From: Monocercomonoides exilis PA203
Lineage: Eukaryota; Protista; Preaxostyla
Assembly: GCA_001643675.2 (NCBI GenBank)
Contig: LSRY02000011.1
Span: 1,849,110-1,913,109, forward strand
Direction of reading: 5' to 3'
Length of the DNA: 64,000 bases
In this document: piece by piece, positions 1-12,600 of the stretch
How the letters are laid out: each line of letters begins with the position of its first letter
How positions within the stretch are numbered: the first letter of the stretch is position 1
The notes under the pieces: model-generated
Database searches by the model: none
What the model saw: the letters and a program-made list of their open reading frames with translations, nothing else
What the model was told of the DNA's origin: nothing
Position numbers and translations under genes: made by a program

Positions 1-2152
1 TCGAGAGAGCGATCCAGATGGAGACTGGAGATAGACGAATCCTCCGTAAATGGCGACAACATGCATCGTTTCAGGAAGAGGGGTGCCTCCAGCTGTTGTG
101 ACACGAGGCCCGTCAAACATGTCAGGCGAGCAGACCATCGTGATGATGGCGTTGTGCGACGAGTTGATGACCACAAACACATTCAAGTCTGATTCGTCCC
201 ACAGAACATCGTCTGTGCAGCTTATTCCCTGCGGAAACGAGAGGATGTTATCAGTCACAGGTGAGTATACAAATGGTCTCGCCTGTACATCAAAGCACAC
301 GGCACGTGTTCCGATTGTGTTTGGTGAAATAGAGCGAACAGGAGATGGGCAGCGGTAGTTGTTTATTTCAGACCAGTCGGCGAGAGAGTAGTAGACAATG
401 CTTCCGGTTGAAGTGGTGTAGATTAAGAAGTCAGAGGAGAGAGAGACTGCCATCACTTCTGTTGCCTCGCCTCTCTCAGGAAACACTCTCACTTCGACTG
501 TTGAAGAAGTGGAAGATGGAAGCGATGATGCAGAAGATACTGATGCAAGCGATGCTGAAGAAGCAGAAGACATATAGGAAGAAGAAGGAGTCGACGAAGA
601 GGACGAAGAAGATGCAGCGACAGAAAGGTCGATCACGTATGCTCTCGAATCGATCAGCACTGCAAAGTGAGTTGAGTTTATGCACATGTGCTGAATGGAG
701 CCAGAGAAGTCGCGATCGAAGACAAGCGTCGAAGGGGCGCCTGTGGTGGAGAACTTGTATATCCACGCGTGATTGTTCATACCCACTGCGATGTGTGAAG
801 GGCCAATGCACAGCATTCTCGGTTCAGGTTCAACTTCGATCACAATTGAAGCAGTTGGCGTTTCACCTCCACCCCACCCCAACACATCCACAACAGTAAT
901 CTCCCTGAGCGACGATCTGTATGCAAGAAGATTTCCATACGTGGCATTCAGAGGCTCGAAGCTGGCGATGTGCGTCAGAACAGAACCTTCAGACGTAGTT
1001 GATGCAATAATCTGTCCATCTGGTGACCATATGACTCCAGTGGGCGAGCCTGTGCCTGCTCCAAACACAATCCGTTCGTCCGCAATTTCCTGAAATGAAG
1101 ACGAAGCCAAAAACTTCACAGATGTATCTCCTGCCAGTGCCAGAAAAGCATTCGTACCAGAAGGCGGAGAACAAACAGCGTAAAGCCGCTGATTGAAGAT
1201 TTGAGTCCTGTTCACCACTTTCGAGATCTCCGATGGATGCGTGGACACAACAAGAAACGTTCCTGATTCAAACGCAACATTCAAATATCCATTTGCATAC
1301 CATCTGTATGCCAAATAAAAATATTATTTTTCATTTCAGAAAAAAGATAATAAAATAAACAATGAAAGTCGTTCATCAAACCGTGCTGAGCATAATTTTC
1401 CAAAAGATTGAGTAAGTTCAATTATAAATTCTGTTTTTAATTCGCAGTAAATTGCGATAGCTCCTTTCACATCAACACAAAGAAGACTTCTTTCCTTTTC
1501 ATCTGATGATGAAGAAGCCGATTCAGCTGTTAAAACATCTCCCCATTCCAAAAAGCTAGTTCCTGCGCTTCTGGAAAATGTATTGATGCTCTTTCCTTCC
1601 GATGTTAGAACACAAACTCGAGGTTCGTCAGATCCAAGTGCAAGAAGTCCTTTACGATTCCAACATCCACAGCGAATTTTTTTTGTGAAAACTCCTCTAA
1701 TAGTATTTTTTCTTTTCAATAGTTTGTTATGAATAATTAAATTACCGTTTTCTGTTCCAATAGCCAAAAGTGGTTCGTACATGGACCAACACATAAATGA
1801 AACTGTCGCACCACAATCAATTTTCAATTGCTCTTGCGTTGAGGTTTCCCAGAGAATGACAGAAGTTGAAGAAGAAGGTAATACTGCAAGAAATTCACCG
1901 TCTTTATCCCAAGCCATTTGTAAGCATGGACTTTGTTAAACAGATTAAAATTCAAAATAGTCCATTTATTAATAAAAAACATTCACACTGTGGCACGGAA
2001 AAAGATGAAAATTCTTTTCCGCTACGATGAAAGATATGGACAGAGCAGTTTGGTCCGGTGGTTGCGAGGTAAATTGATAAAGGATGCCATGTTATTAATG
2101 AAGAACCACCCCTTCCATTAACAGCTGCGGGAATTGTAAAGAGTTCCTTCAT
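1..2152 (-). CDS. WDR19: WD-repeat protein 19 / intraflagellar transport protein IFT144 (5' part, spliced; continues beyond the left edge)
   Basis: Exons MKELFTIP..YLATTGPNCSVHIFHRSG, MAWDKDGEFLAVL..LAIGTENGNLIIHN..KKIRCGCWNRKGLLALG, then after an intron (1304-1381) RWYANGYLNVAFESG..VFPERGE..LSSDFLIYTT. These follow the WDR19 N-terminal beta-propeller as I recall it. Confidence 0.9.
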
Positions 2153-2445
2153 GGACGGTTTGACAATTGAAATAAAAAATAAGGGTTTTTTGTGATCTGA
2201 AGATAATCTATTTAAACATTCTTAACAAATAAATATCCGCTTGTGCTGAAATATTAAGAATTACAAACAATGTATTTTTGAAATAAAAGTTATCAAAAGC
2301 GAGGAAAAGATATGAGTGAAACGCATGAACCAGATCTCCCCAACCCCACTTTAGGAGAAGGAAAAATCCTCAAAAGATGAACGTGAATTGTATTCAACGA
2401 GATTGGAGAAAGCATGGGCGTACGCTTCGAAAACAAACCAAAAAA

Positions 2446-3324
2446 TTACGCAGAAGAATTAGCTCCAAGCCATCTAAATCCTTCGGTAAGTCCTTGCCCA
2501 GTTAGTGCGCAGCATCCTTGAATATGCCATTTTCTCGAAGATGGAAGTTCTGCAAGCCCAAGCAAGCGCGCTGCTTCATCTGGCTTTGCTGCTCCTGCAA
2601 TATCTTGTTTGTTCGCAAGAATCAAAACTGGAGCATTTCTGCATAATTTTGATATATTTTTCCATAAATATAAATAAAAAAGGAAATATATAAAAAAGTG
2701 AAATGAATCAAATGGATGATGCAATGCTCAAACGTTAAATGTTCTGAGCGAAGCATGTTATGCAGTTCGCAATGGGCACATTCATCACATCCGTCCGGAT
2801 TTGAACATTTAATACGGCGGTGATCGGAACAATCAACCACATATACCACCGCATTAACTCCTTCATAATAATGATTCTGAAAAAAAGTATTTTTAATTCA
2901 ATAATTGTGATGAAGATCAATGTTGAATAAAAATGTTTGTTTAAATTATTATTCAAAAAAAATGATACCCAAAGTTGTCTGTAATAATTAATGATTTGAT
3001 GAGATATAAAATTCAAAAATACGAATGATAACAAATAAAAATACAAACCTGATTCTCTTCTGCCCTCCAACATCCCAAATAGTGAATTTCAAGTTTTCAA
3101 ATTGGACCTCTTCAACGTTAAATCCAAGAGTTGGATTTGACATAACTGCTTCGCCGAGTTTCAAACGGTATAAGACCTGGATAAGCGAAATATGAGAGTT
3201 GATTGAAAGGAAAAATTAAAAATCAAACTGAAGTCTTTCCGGCTGCATCAAGACCAACCATCACAATACGTGTTGGTTTCTTTGTAAAAAAGCTTTTGAA
3301 AAACTTTGCGATCGTTGAGCCCAT
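2446..3324 (-). CDS. ADP-ribosylation factor (ARF/ARL) family small GTPase, 5 exons
   Basis: Manual splicing gives MGSTIAKFF (Gly2, myristoylation-type start), GLDAAGKT P-loop, [19 protein letters not shown] and [10 protein letters not shown]. Confidence 0.93.
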
Positions 3325-3642
3325 CGAGAAGCAAGTATTTCCTGTTTTGATCTTCATACCCTAATCGAAAGAAAATGATATTAAAATATTGGTATTTATT
3401 TTTGAAAATGGAAGAGAATAGAAGAACAAATATAAAATTAAAAATTAACATTTGATGCATTATTAAAAAAAATTGTCGAAAAGTGAATTGCTTTTTAAAA
3501 TTATAAGAAGAGAAGTTTGAATCACTGGATAGCTTTATGAACTTAATTCATATTCGCTCGCAATCCATTAGAAATAGTACAAAATTTTTGTTGTGAACAA
3601 GAATAGAAAATAAAAACAGAAAAAATAAAAATCAAAAAAATT

Positions 3643-6600
3643 TCAATAATCCAAAGCGCAGAAGAGAGCAACAGAACGTTTGATCCAGTGAGATTCAACG
3701 GTGTCTGAAGGAATATCAAGTGAGATGACGTAGTTTGTTGAGTGCCCAGTGGTGGAGAGTGTTCCTTGCCTTGTCAATATCTTGTAGATGGGGCAGTTGT
3801 ATGACCCTTCTGTTGGGGGCACTCTGTTCTCCACTGGATTCAGATGGATGATGGGGAATGTTGTGTACAGCTCTTTCGGACGAGACTCTGTCAGCACGTG
3901 CTTTTCGTGGTCCCACCTCGCCCCTTCCAAAAACAGACCATACGCAAAGCATCCGTCTGCAGGCCTTTCTGTCACTTCCTCAGGATTCTTGAGATCGTCC
4001 CTGATGATTGCTTCAAATGATATCTTATCAATTGGAATTTTGTATTTCCGTGCAAAGTTCTGAAGGTTGCCAGTAAGAAAAGCTTGAGGGAAGAATAATC
4101 CAGAAATCCAATACACTGCTGGAGGGCCGTTTTCTATCCACTTCGCCAGGAATGCACATCTCTGTGCAAGATCTTCCACCCACACAGACAGCGCCTTTAA
4201 AGAAGGATAGGCAGGCTTTTCCCACAGTTTGGGTATTTGGTTGATAAAGAGAGAGTTCGACATGTCTTCCAATGCTGCACTCATCACCACCTTTCCAGCC
4301 AGCGCCTTGATCATGTCATCCAGCGACGTGTGTATTGTGCTCAGAAGTCTGTTGTACCGAATGATTTCTTGCACAAGCACTGTGTTCATAGACTCCTCGT
4401 AGCTGGTTGGATATGCCGCAGATGCTGCTTCAAGATCAAACTCATGTGGCACTTTTTCTTGTATCGAAAGCACCTTCTCCTGAATGATCTCTTCTCTTGT
4501 CTGTCCAGAAGATCCGCTTGCTGTGCTTGGCTGAAGAGAAAGCAGATTATCAAACAAATCATTTGTATCCTTCATGGCACAGGTGATATCTGCATTCTCG
4601 TGCAACCCAAAGACTTCAGGATATGCATTCAGATCATAACTCTGAATCACTTGAATGTAGCCCTTCAAATCTTCGCAGTCGACAGATGTGTACTTTCCAG
4701 AGGGTGAGAAAGTGTAGCCTTCTTTCAACACATCTGGACAGATGAATCTCTCGAGCAATGTTGAAAGCAGTCTTCTGTCTAAGAAATCAGTGACACGACC
4801 ACCATAGTTGATTTCTCCAAACAGGAACGAAAGCACGCGATATGGTACTTCGATAGATGTCTCTAAGAACAGGCGCAGCTGTTTAATGCACACATTCAGA
4901 TCGTCCACAGTGAATTCATATCTGATGTTCCATCCCAATGCACCAAACTTTCTTCTCTCTTGAATGACAGCATGGAAGAAGGAAAGAGAGAACAAAAGCA
5001 TTCGCAGAACACTTGGATCGTGGTTGTCGCTCACTGGTGCAATCACAGAAGGATCAAAAGATTCGTATGTTCTCAGAAGATTCGCCTGAAGTCCCTTTGG
5101 TGGTTCGTTAGTCATTTTGATACCTGACTGCAAGATCGACACCGGGAATTTCTCTGATGGCTGAGAAGTGAGCCATAAGCGGAATTCGCGATGAACAGAC
5201 TCAGGTTTCCAGTTCTCAACAATACGTTCGAGCTCAGGCATCCACGAAGCATACAAATCGCAGTTTTGAAGAAGAACCCAGAAACCGTTTTCAGTTGCTT
5301 CATTAATGTATTGCTCAGCTTTTACACCTTGTCCTTGTCCCAAAGAAAGAGAGTGCAGTTTCTTTGTCATTCTCATTTCAACTGCAAATTGATCGAGATC
5401 CTTTGCAGGGTTTGTTCCAGGTGAGATGATGAAAATGAGAGGTCTCATTGAATTGGAGTCGCGATATGACTTAGCCAAGTTGAAGTTTGGAGGTTGCACA
5501 TATTTCTTTCCAAAGTTCTCCTGCACAAAGTCTTGCACACCTTCGGTGATCTTATCAGAACGCAAGCATTTCAGTACAAGCAGTTTTTGGAACTGGTTCA
5601 GATCGTTCCATTTGCCTGGGAGCGGCTCGCGATGCGCCTGTGAAGAGTCGAAGATCACTCGCCACGAATCTGGATCTGCAGCAAAGTCTTTGTCTAAGTC
5701 GGTAAATGCAGGAAGCTCTGCCAGCGCCTGTATGTCGATCCACGAACGTGATGTGAGCCAATCCTCTGCTGGATTGGGCTGTGGATTGGCAACAGTTGAA
5801 CGACCGATAAGGAAACGATATTCTTGCTGGTCGATTTTGCCCTCATATGTCAAGATTCTCATAATCATCAAGAAGGAGAACATCAGCTTGTGCCTTGCAA
5901 ACAGCGAACGGCAGACATTCTGATAAAGAAGATAAGTGAAGTTGTCCATCAGATTGCTCAAACGAGTGGCAAAGTCTTGTGATTGCTCTGTCTCTTCTAT
6001 TGACTGCTTGTACAGATCCATAAACCACTGCAGCGAATTCTGATACATAGGATCGATTGAAGACAGATCAGCAACACAGAAGAACAGAAGAGATCCTCTA
6101 ACAGCCATTGGTCTGTATGTGTTTCTGGTTTCATCAATCTGCTGCTCTGTTTCTTCTGCTTCTTTCACTTTTTCTTCAATTTCTGTACTCATTTTCTTTG
6201 ACTCCGAAAGAGTGTTAATAAGCGTCTCATCTTCCAATGGATTCGCAGTTTCGGACAATAGCTTCAGGATTTGATCTTCATATTCCTTCAACCTTGCTCT
6301 CATCTTTGCGTTGCTTGACATCAGACTGTTCTTCGATTCTTCCAGATCTGGTCTCTCTTGCACAACGACAGTTGCCAGCAATTGATCTTCCAATCCACTC
6401 TGTGTCACAGTGAAGTTGAGAAGTGTCACTTTAACACTTGTTTCTGGAGCATATTTAGGATTGGGCAATTTTGTTGTCATGTACAGTTTGAAGTTGTTGT
6501 TGTAAGGCAGCGTTGTATCACCAAGCTTCATCATCTCTGATCCCTTGTGCATGAATGTTGTTCGCGATAAAACAGGCTCAAGAGCAGGATCAAGCTCTTC

Positions 6601-9600
6601 ACCAACGCTTTCAATAAGAACAGGTCTTCCAAATCGAATTGCTGTTTCCATCGTTCTCATGAAGTTATCTTCTGTCTGTTTCACAATGTCCAGCTTTCCT
6701 TTCTCCATTCTTCTGATCCACTTATTTGCCTGTCCTTGTGGATCAATCATCAAAGGCCATCTTCTCGCATTGATCATAATCAGACCATTTTCAATTGACA
6801 GATTGTCAGATGGCAGACCATCAAGACCCCATTGTCTAACACGAACAGGATCTGCAAATGTTGTTTGAATAGAAGCGTTTGCACTGAATGGGAAGTTCAT
6901 TTCAGTAAGAGCTTCTTTCCACTGAGTAATGAGATCAGCTCTGAACTGAGAAGTGAATGGACCAAGATAGCACACTGTTCCAGCAGAAATAAGAACATCT
7001 CCCATCACGTTGTATTCAAGCTGTTCAATATCCTTCATCTCCTTTGTCCATCTTGTGCATTCACCACCCAAACCTTGTGTCAATCTGAACGCACGATCTC
7101 TTTGCGTCACGCAATCGTGCACTTGTTTCTGAAGAGATTCCTTCTTTTCAATTGCCTCCTGATAGCGTGCTTCCAATTGTTTGATGTTGCTCTCCAAAAT
7201 ATTCAATGAATCTTGCTTTTCTTTCAGTGTCTTAAGAACAGCTGCAAGCTCTTTCTCGGCCTTTGCGACAAGTTCTTGTTTTGGCTTAACATCAAGGAAT
7301 GTGAAATAGAAGCTGTACATAGCACGAATCCAGATACAGATAGACATGCAAGCTTTGCTTCCCTTTGCCACCTTTTCTGGAATAAACTCTTCGTTCTGAA
7401 TGTAAGGCTCAATTTTCTTAATCATCTTAGGATCCAAATGCTCTTTGTCGAAGTTGAGCATGGAGTCCATAAGTTCACGGGGATGTGAGACAAGACCACG
7501 AGCAGGTCCCATGTAATCTTCCTTCTTTTGGTTAGGATGGTCTGGATCTTGTATTTTGGCTGGAGGAACTCCCATCACAATACACAAAGCAGCCAACACA
7601 AGTTGCACACCTTTACCGGGTGATTTGTATCCTCCGACTTCTGCAACATCACGTGGATCCAGCTTCTCGAGTGATTTTTCGGCTTCTCTCAGAATTGGCA
7701 ATGCTTTTTCGAGAAGTGCAGTGGCTTCGTCTTTCATCTTCTGGCACTGTTCGGCCTGAGCCGACACTTCCTGTTCTTCTCTCTTCACAATAGTTCTCTG
7801 CTCGCTGGCATCCTGCTGGTCTTTCTGGATTTTAACCATCATCTGCTCCACTTCAATAGTCATTTTCTCCAACTGGGGTTGCACTTCCTTCAGACGTGCA
7901 TCGTTCTTCACGACTTCTTCTGTAGCCTTCGTAATCTTTTCCACACCCTGAGACAATCTGTTCTTCATCACTTTTAGTTCTTCTCTTTTGTTCTTCAGCA
8001 TCGTTCTCAACGTTGTAATCAATTCTAAATAGCTCAATGGTGTTACATGATTTGTTCTCTTAAGCTCCTTCAAGTATCTTGTATTTGCCTTTTCGACTGA
8101 CTGATGTATCATCACACACATCTCAATCACTTTATCTGTCAAGTCTTCTCCTTTGTGCCTCTTGTGCATCTTATATTCTTCATCACTTCCACTAGCATCC
8201 TCGTCTTCGCTTTCCTCTTCATCTCCCAACGGATTCGACTCAAAGTCAACATCATCCAGCTTCACTCTCGCGACAGCTCTCAAAGCTTCATCTGGCCATG
8301 GATCAAACCAATCAATGGTGCAGCAAGTGACAAGAGCAGGATACATTCTCAGTCTATTTCTGAATGCATCACCAAATGGTGACATGCAAAGCACAATGTG
8401 GATGTTCTCCCGAACTCTCTTCACGAAATGAGAGAAGAGATTAATCTTTGTAGGAATAATTCCAAGTGATTGCGCAATGGGTCTCATCGTTGAATATATC
8501 GTCTCCATTTCTTGTGGATCCCACACATTCGGAACATCACCTGAATTAAGCATGTTGTTGATATCCTCCAAAAATGATTCTTGAACAAGCTGTGTGTCTG
8601 AGAATAGAAATACTGTGGGCATAGCTTCGAGTCCAGCGCCTTTCATAATATCCTTAAGTGTTTTATGCCACTCGAATGTGTTGAAGCCTTTCTTGATTTC
8701 AATATTTCTCAGAGTGTATTCTGCAATAAACGAAGCCAAACGAGTGAGAGATTGTCTTCCTGATCCTCCAACGCCAAGAAGCAGTGCATTTCCGTATGGC
8801 TGTCTGATAATTCTTGCGATTCTCAGCAAATGCATGATTGCATTCTGGAAAAGCACAAGTTCTAATGAGCCTCCCTTTTGAGCATCTCTGTAATCATCCA
8901 ATGCATCATCGAGTACTTTCTTAAGCTTCTCAATATCTGTAATCTGAACGTACGGCTTTGTTTCTCCTTGATTTGCTGAAAGAAGATCACCAAACATCAT
9001 ATTATCACTTGCTCCAACACCTTCCCAAGTAACGCTGAAGTGTTTCTTGAGTTGTGCACGAAGAAGCTGCTGGAACCATTCTCTGTCTTTCGTATCTTTC
9101 GTTGAGGTGACCAGACGATCGGCAAACACTCGAGTTGTCTCATGAAGCCAAATGCGGATAACTTGAGATGTTTCCTGCAATGCTCTCACATCACCAGAAA
9201 GAATTCCTTGGAACACTTTGCTCAGATCACGAAGGTTGAATGTGTAGTGAGATTTTTGAGGGGTTGGCAAGAGTTCTCTCATAATTGTGTGATAAACCTC
9301 TACTGTTGCATTGACAATTGGAGTGGTAAGCCCTCGAATAATATCCGGAAACTGATTGAAGAATGAGCCTAGAATTGTTGAGAAAATCATCTTTTCACTG
9401 CTTTCTTCGAGATCAGTGAAGTAGATGTGGTTAAAGTGACGAAGGAACCTGTTTGTCACGGGATTACGACCTCCTCCTGGTGGTCCCATAGCTCCCACAA
9501 GCTGCACATCTTCAATTTTGAAGAATGGAATAGAAGTGGAGTCCTTCTTAACATACCACCCGCCATGATCGACAAACTGCCTCAAAAGTTCAATTGGTGG

Positions 9601-12600
9601 TTGTGCACCGTAGATTTCAAGCTTAGGCATGTTCAGATCATCCACAAAGATCACAAACTTTGAGCCAGGTGGAGCTCCTACAATTCCGCTACGACGTCTT
9701 TCGAATTTGTCATCAAGTTGGCGCTGAGTGGCAGTCGCTGATGTTTGAGCAGAAAATGTCATTGGAATAGGAATGTATTCACTGGGGGCCTGTTTGAAGA
9801 GATATTGCTGAAGTGTAACAGTCTTGGCAGTTCCTGTTGATCCAATTGTAAGAACATGCTTTGACTTTCTAACAAGAAGATTGATGATGTGTGTGTTACG
9901 CACTGAGTCAACTGTAGGTACAATCATTTCGGTGAACGCAGTCTTTGGCTTAATAACATACTCATCAATTGTGTCCATCCAGGGTATCCACACTTTCTCC
10001 TTTTGATTATACACAAAGTCGTACAATGTGTAAATTGCTGGGATTTTCGGATTTGGAGAAAGCGAGCCTTTCATTGGCTGAGCATCTGTTGGCTGTTCGA
10101 GAGTTGTGTCAAGAAGATCAGGATGGTTCTCTCTGATCAATGTCATCAAAAATTCGTTGAAGCTTTTCCTTCCTTCAACGTTTGTAGTGGCACCAACAGA
10201 CCACACCAATGCAAAAATGAAGATGTGTGGTAGACACTCTCCCATATCCTCCAGCTTCTGTTGAGTTGGCATTGTCTCTCCTTTTGCCTCTTCTGGAAGA
10301 TATGGCATGAACATTGCTTCGAGCATGTTGAAGAAAGCCATACAAATGTTAGCATCGACAGTTGGAACTGCTTCAGGACAGCTTCTTCTCAGATGATTAA
10401 GGCATTGTGGAAGATAGATATCGAACAGTTCCTGAAGAGCATCAATATGTGGAGCAAAGAGTGTCTGTTGCGAATTCAACCAAGAAAAGATTCTGGCTGA
10501 GTGTGGCACAGTTGTTGATGGCTCCAAATAAACCATACCGCAACGTGAAACTGTGGCAGGTGAAGCAACACGCAAATCTTCGACCTCAAAGATCATGTTC
10601 ATTGCAGGAGTCAATGGAATAACTTCTCCTGATGCAAGGCACAGCTTCTTAGAATCATCGAGCACGGTGTTCATATCTTCAATCCAGACAGCATCAACTG
10701 GCCCATCGCAAATGATCCAGTGTTTGTCTGAAGACTCGTCTCTCACGCATTCTCTCATGATAAGTGTAAGCACACCATTCTTCCAGTCATTTGTTGCTGC
10801 ATCGTATGTTCCATACAGATCACCATATGGAATAGACTTTGGATTCAGTTTGTGCATTATGACAGTTTCGTATCCTTCAACTCCTCTCTTCTTTAATGTT
10901 GTCATTGCTGTGCTCAGAACGCTCAAGCAACTGGATTTCCCTCCGCCAGTTGGACCGACAAGCATCAAACCATGTCGAAGCACAGCTGTTTCATACAATT
11001 GCAAGCATTTTGTGATGAATGCTTCACGAGGTTGAAGTTGTTGCAGAGATGCTGTATCGATAAGCGCTTTGTTCAGTTGTCCATAGTCAACAACCATTGG
11101 CTCCACACCTGGGAACAGATCAGAAACAATACCTTTGAAAAGTGGAATATCGTCTGCAAGGAATTTGGGAATGTTTGTGTCTCTCAAAGCACGAAGCAAA
11201 AGCAATTCTTCAGAAACATCTGGGAATTCGTGTTTTAAATTACCAGCAGCAGAAATGACTGTGTTGACAGCTCTCATACCAAAATCATAATGGTCCTGTG
11301 AAGAAAGCTGTTCTGAAGAAAGCTTGAATGTGGCAACCATCTTCTTTGAAAGTGCAAATCCTTCTTTGAACCCAAAAGAGAACAGACGAATTTCAGCGAT
11401 TAGAGCATAATCTGGGATCATCACAGCCACTGGACGGAACAGCGCTTTCAAGTTATCAGGAAGTTCTGTTCTTCCGGCATAACCAGGATTCATAGTGATG
11501 AAGATAGAAAGTGTTGGAATCAAAGTAATTTCATCGTCTTCAAAGTGGAATTGCTCCAAGCCATCCATAATAGCATTTTGGATAGTTGCAATTTGCTGAG
11601 CAATCACAGACAGCACTTCAATATCAATTCTGTTGAACTCATCGAAGCAAGACCATGCACCAGTCATCGCCAGACCTTTGAAGAATTTCCCCATGGCAGT
11701 CACCTTCAGAGACTCAGAGCAGTTGAACACGACGCACTTCACAGCAACAGCCTTTGCCAGATCCTTTGTTGTTTCTGTCTTTCCTGTTCCGGCTGGTCCA
11801 GCTGGGGCTCCTCCCAAATGAAGGTTGATAGCGCCCATCAGAGTCATGTAAAGCTTATCAGTCAGTGGAGTGATAACCAAACGTGAAGTGTTTCCGAGAT
11901 ATTCGTATTGGTACATGAAATCAGTTTGCATCATTTTCACATGCACATCATCATCCTCCCAATAATATCTGAATTGTGAAATCCAATCGAAGTCCGTAAC
12001 AGCTTCGACTTTGTTCTCCACTAGTCTGGTTGTCACATCACGTGCATGCACATCAATTGTGATAAGTGCTCCAAGTGTAAGTCTTTGAAGATCGGTAAGA
12101 TTTCCTCTCACAAGATCAGTCAAATCGTTTAATTGTCCCTTCAATTTTGTTAGCAGCTTGTCAACTTCTTCATATCCTCCTTTTTCAATTGATTGTTCAA
12201 CTTCCTGCGTCCAGTATATCTGCCCAACACACAACACAACTTGTCCTGGCCAAAGACCAACCCACTCTTTTCTTGGGCGCACATTGTAATCTGCCAGTGA
12301 CTGTACAATCTGATCTCTCACAGCTGTGAACATGCATCCTTCAAGTTCCTTCAGCCACTGCTCCACATTTCCTTCTGGATAAATACCCTCAACGAACTCC
12401 ACCTTCTCTTTCTCCTTTGAAATCATCGCTGTAATCTCCATATCTGGTTGGAATGTGACAGATTTAATGGCTTCAAAGCATGTGCCCAGATAAGGTTGCA
12501 CACGAGTTGGATCTTTTGTTTGAGACAGAATATCAAGCAACTCATCTGAAGATAAGAAGTAAAAACGAGGGAATGCTTTTCTTTTTGTCTCCAAATATGA

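Noticed and set aside
2318-2428. Faint resemblance to the 5' end of 5S rRNA
   Set aside because: The conserved 5S internal motifs and helix layout are missing.
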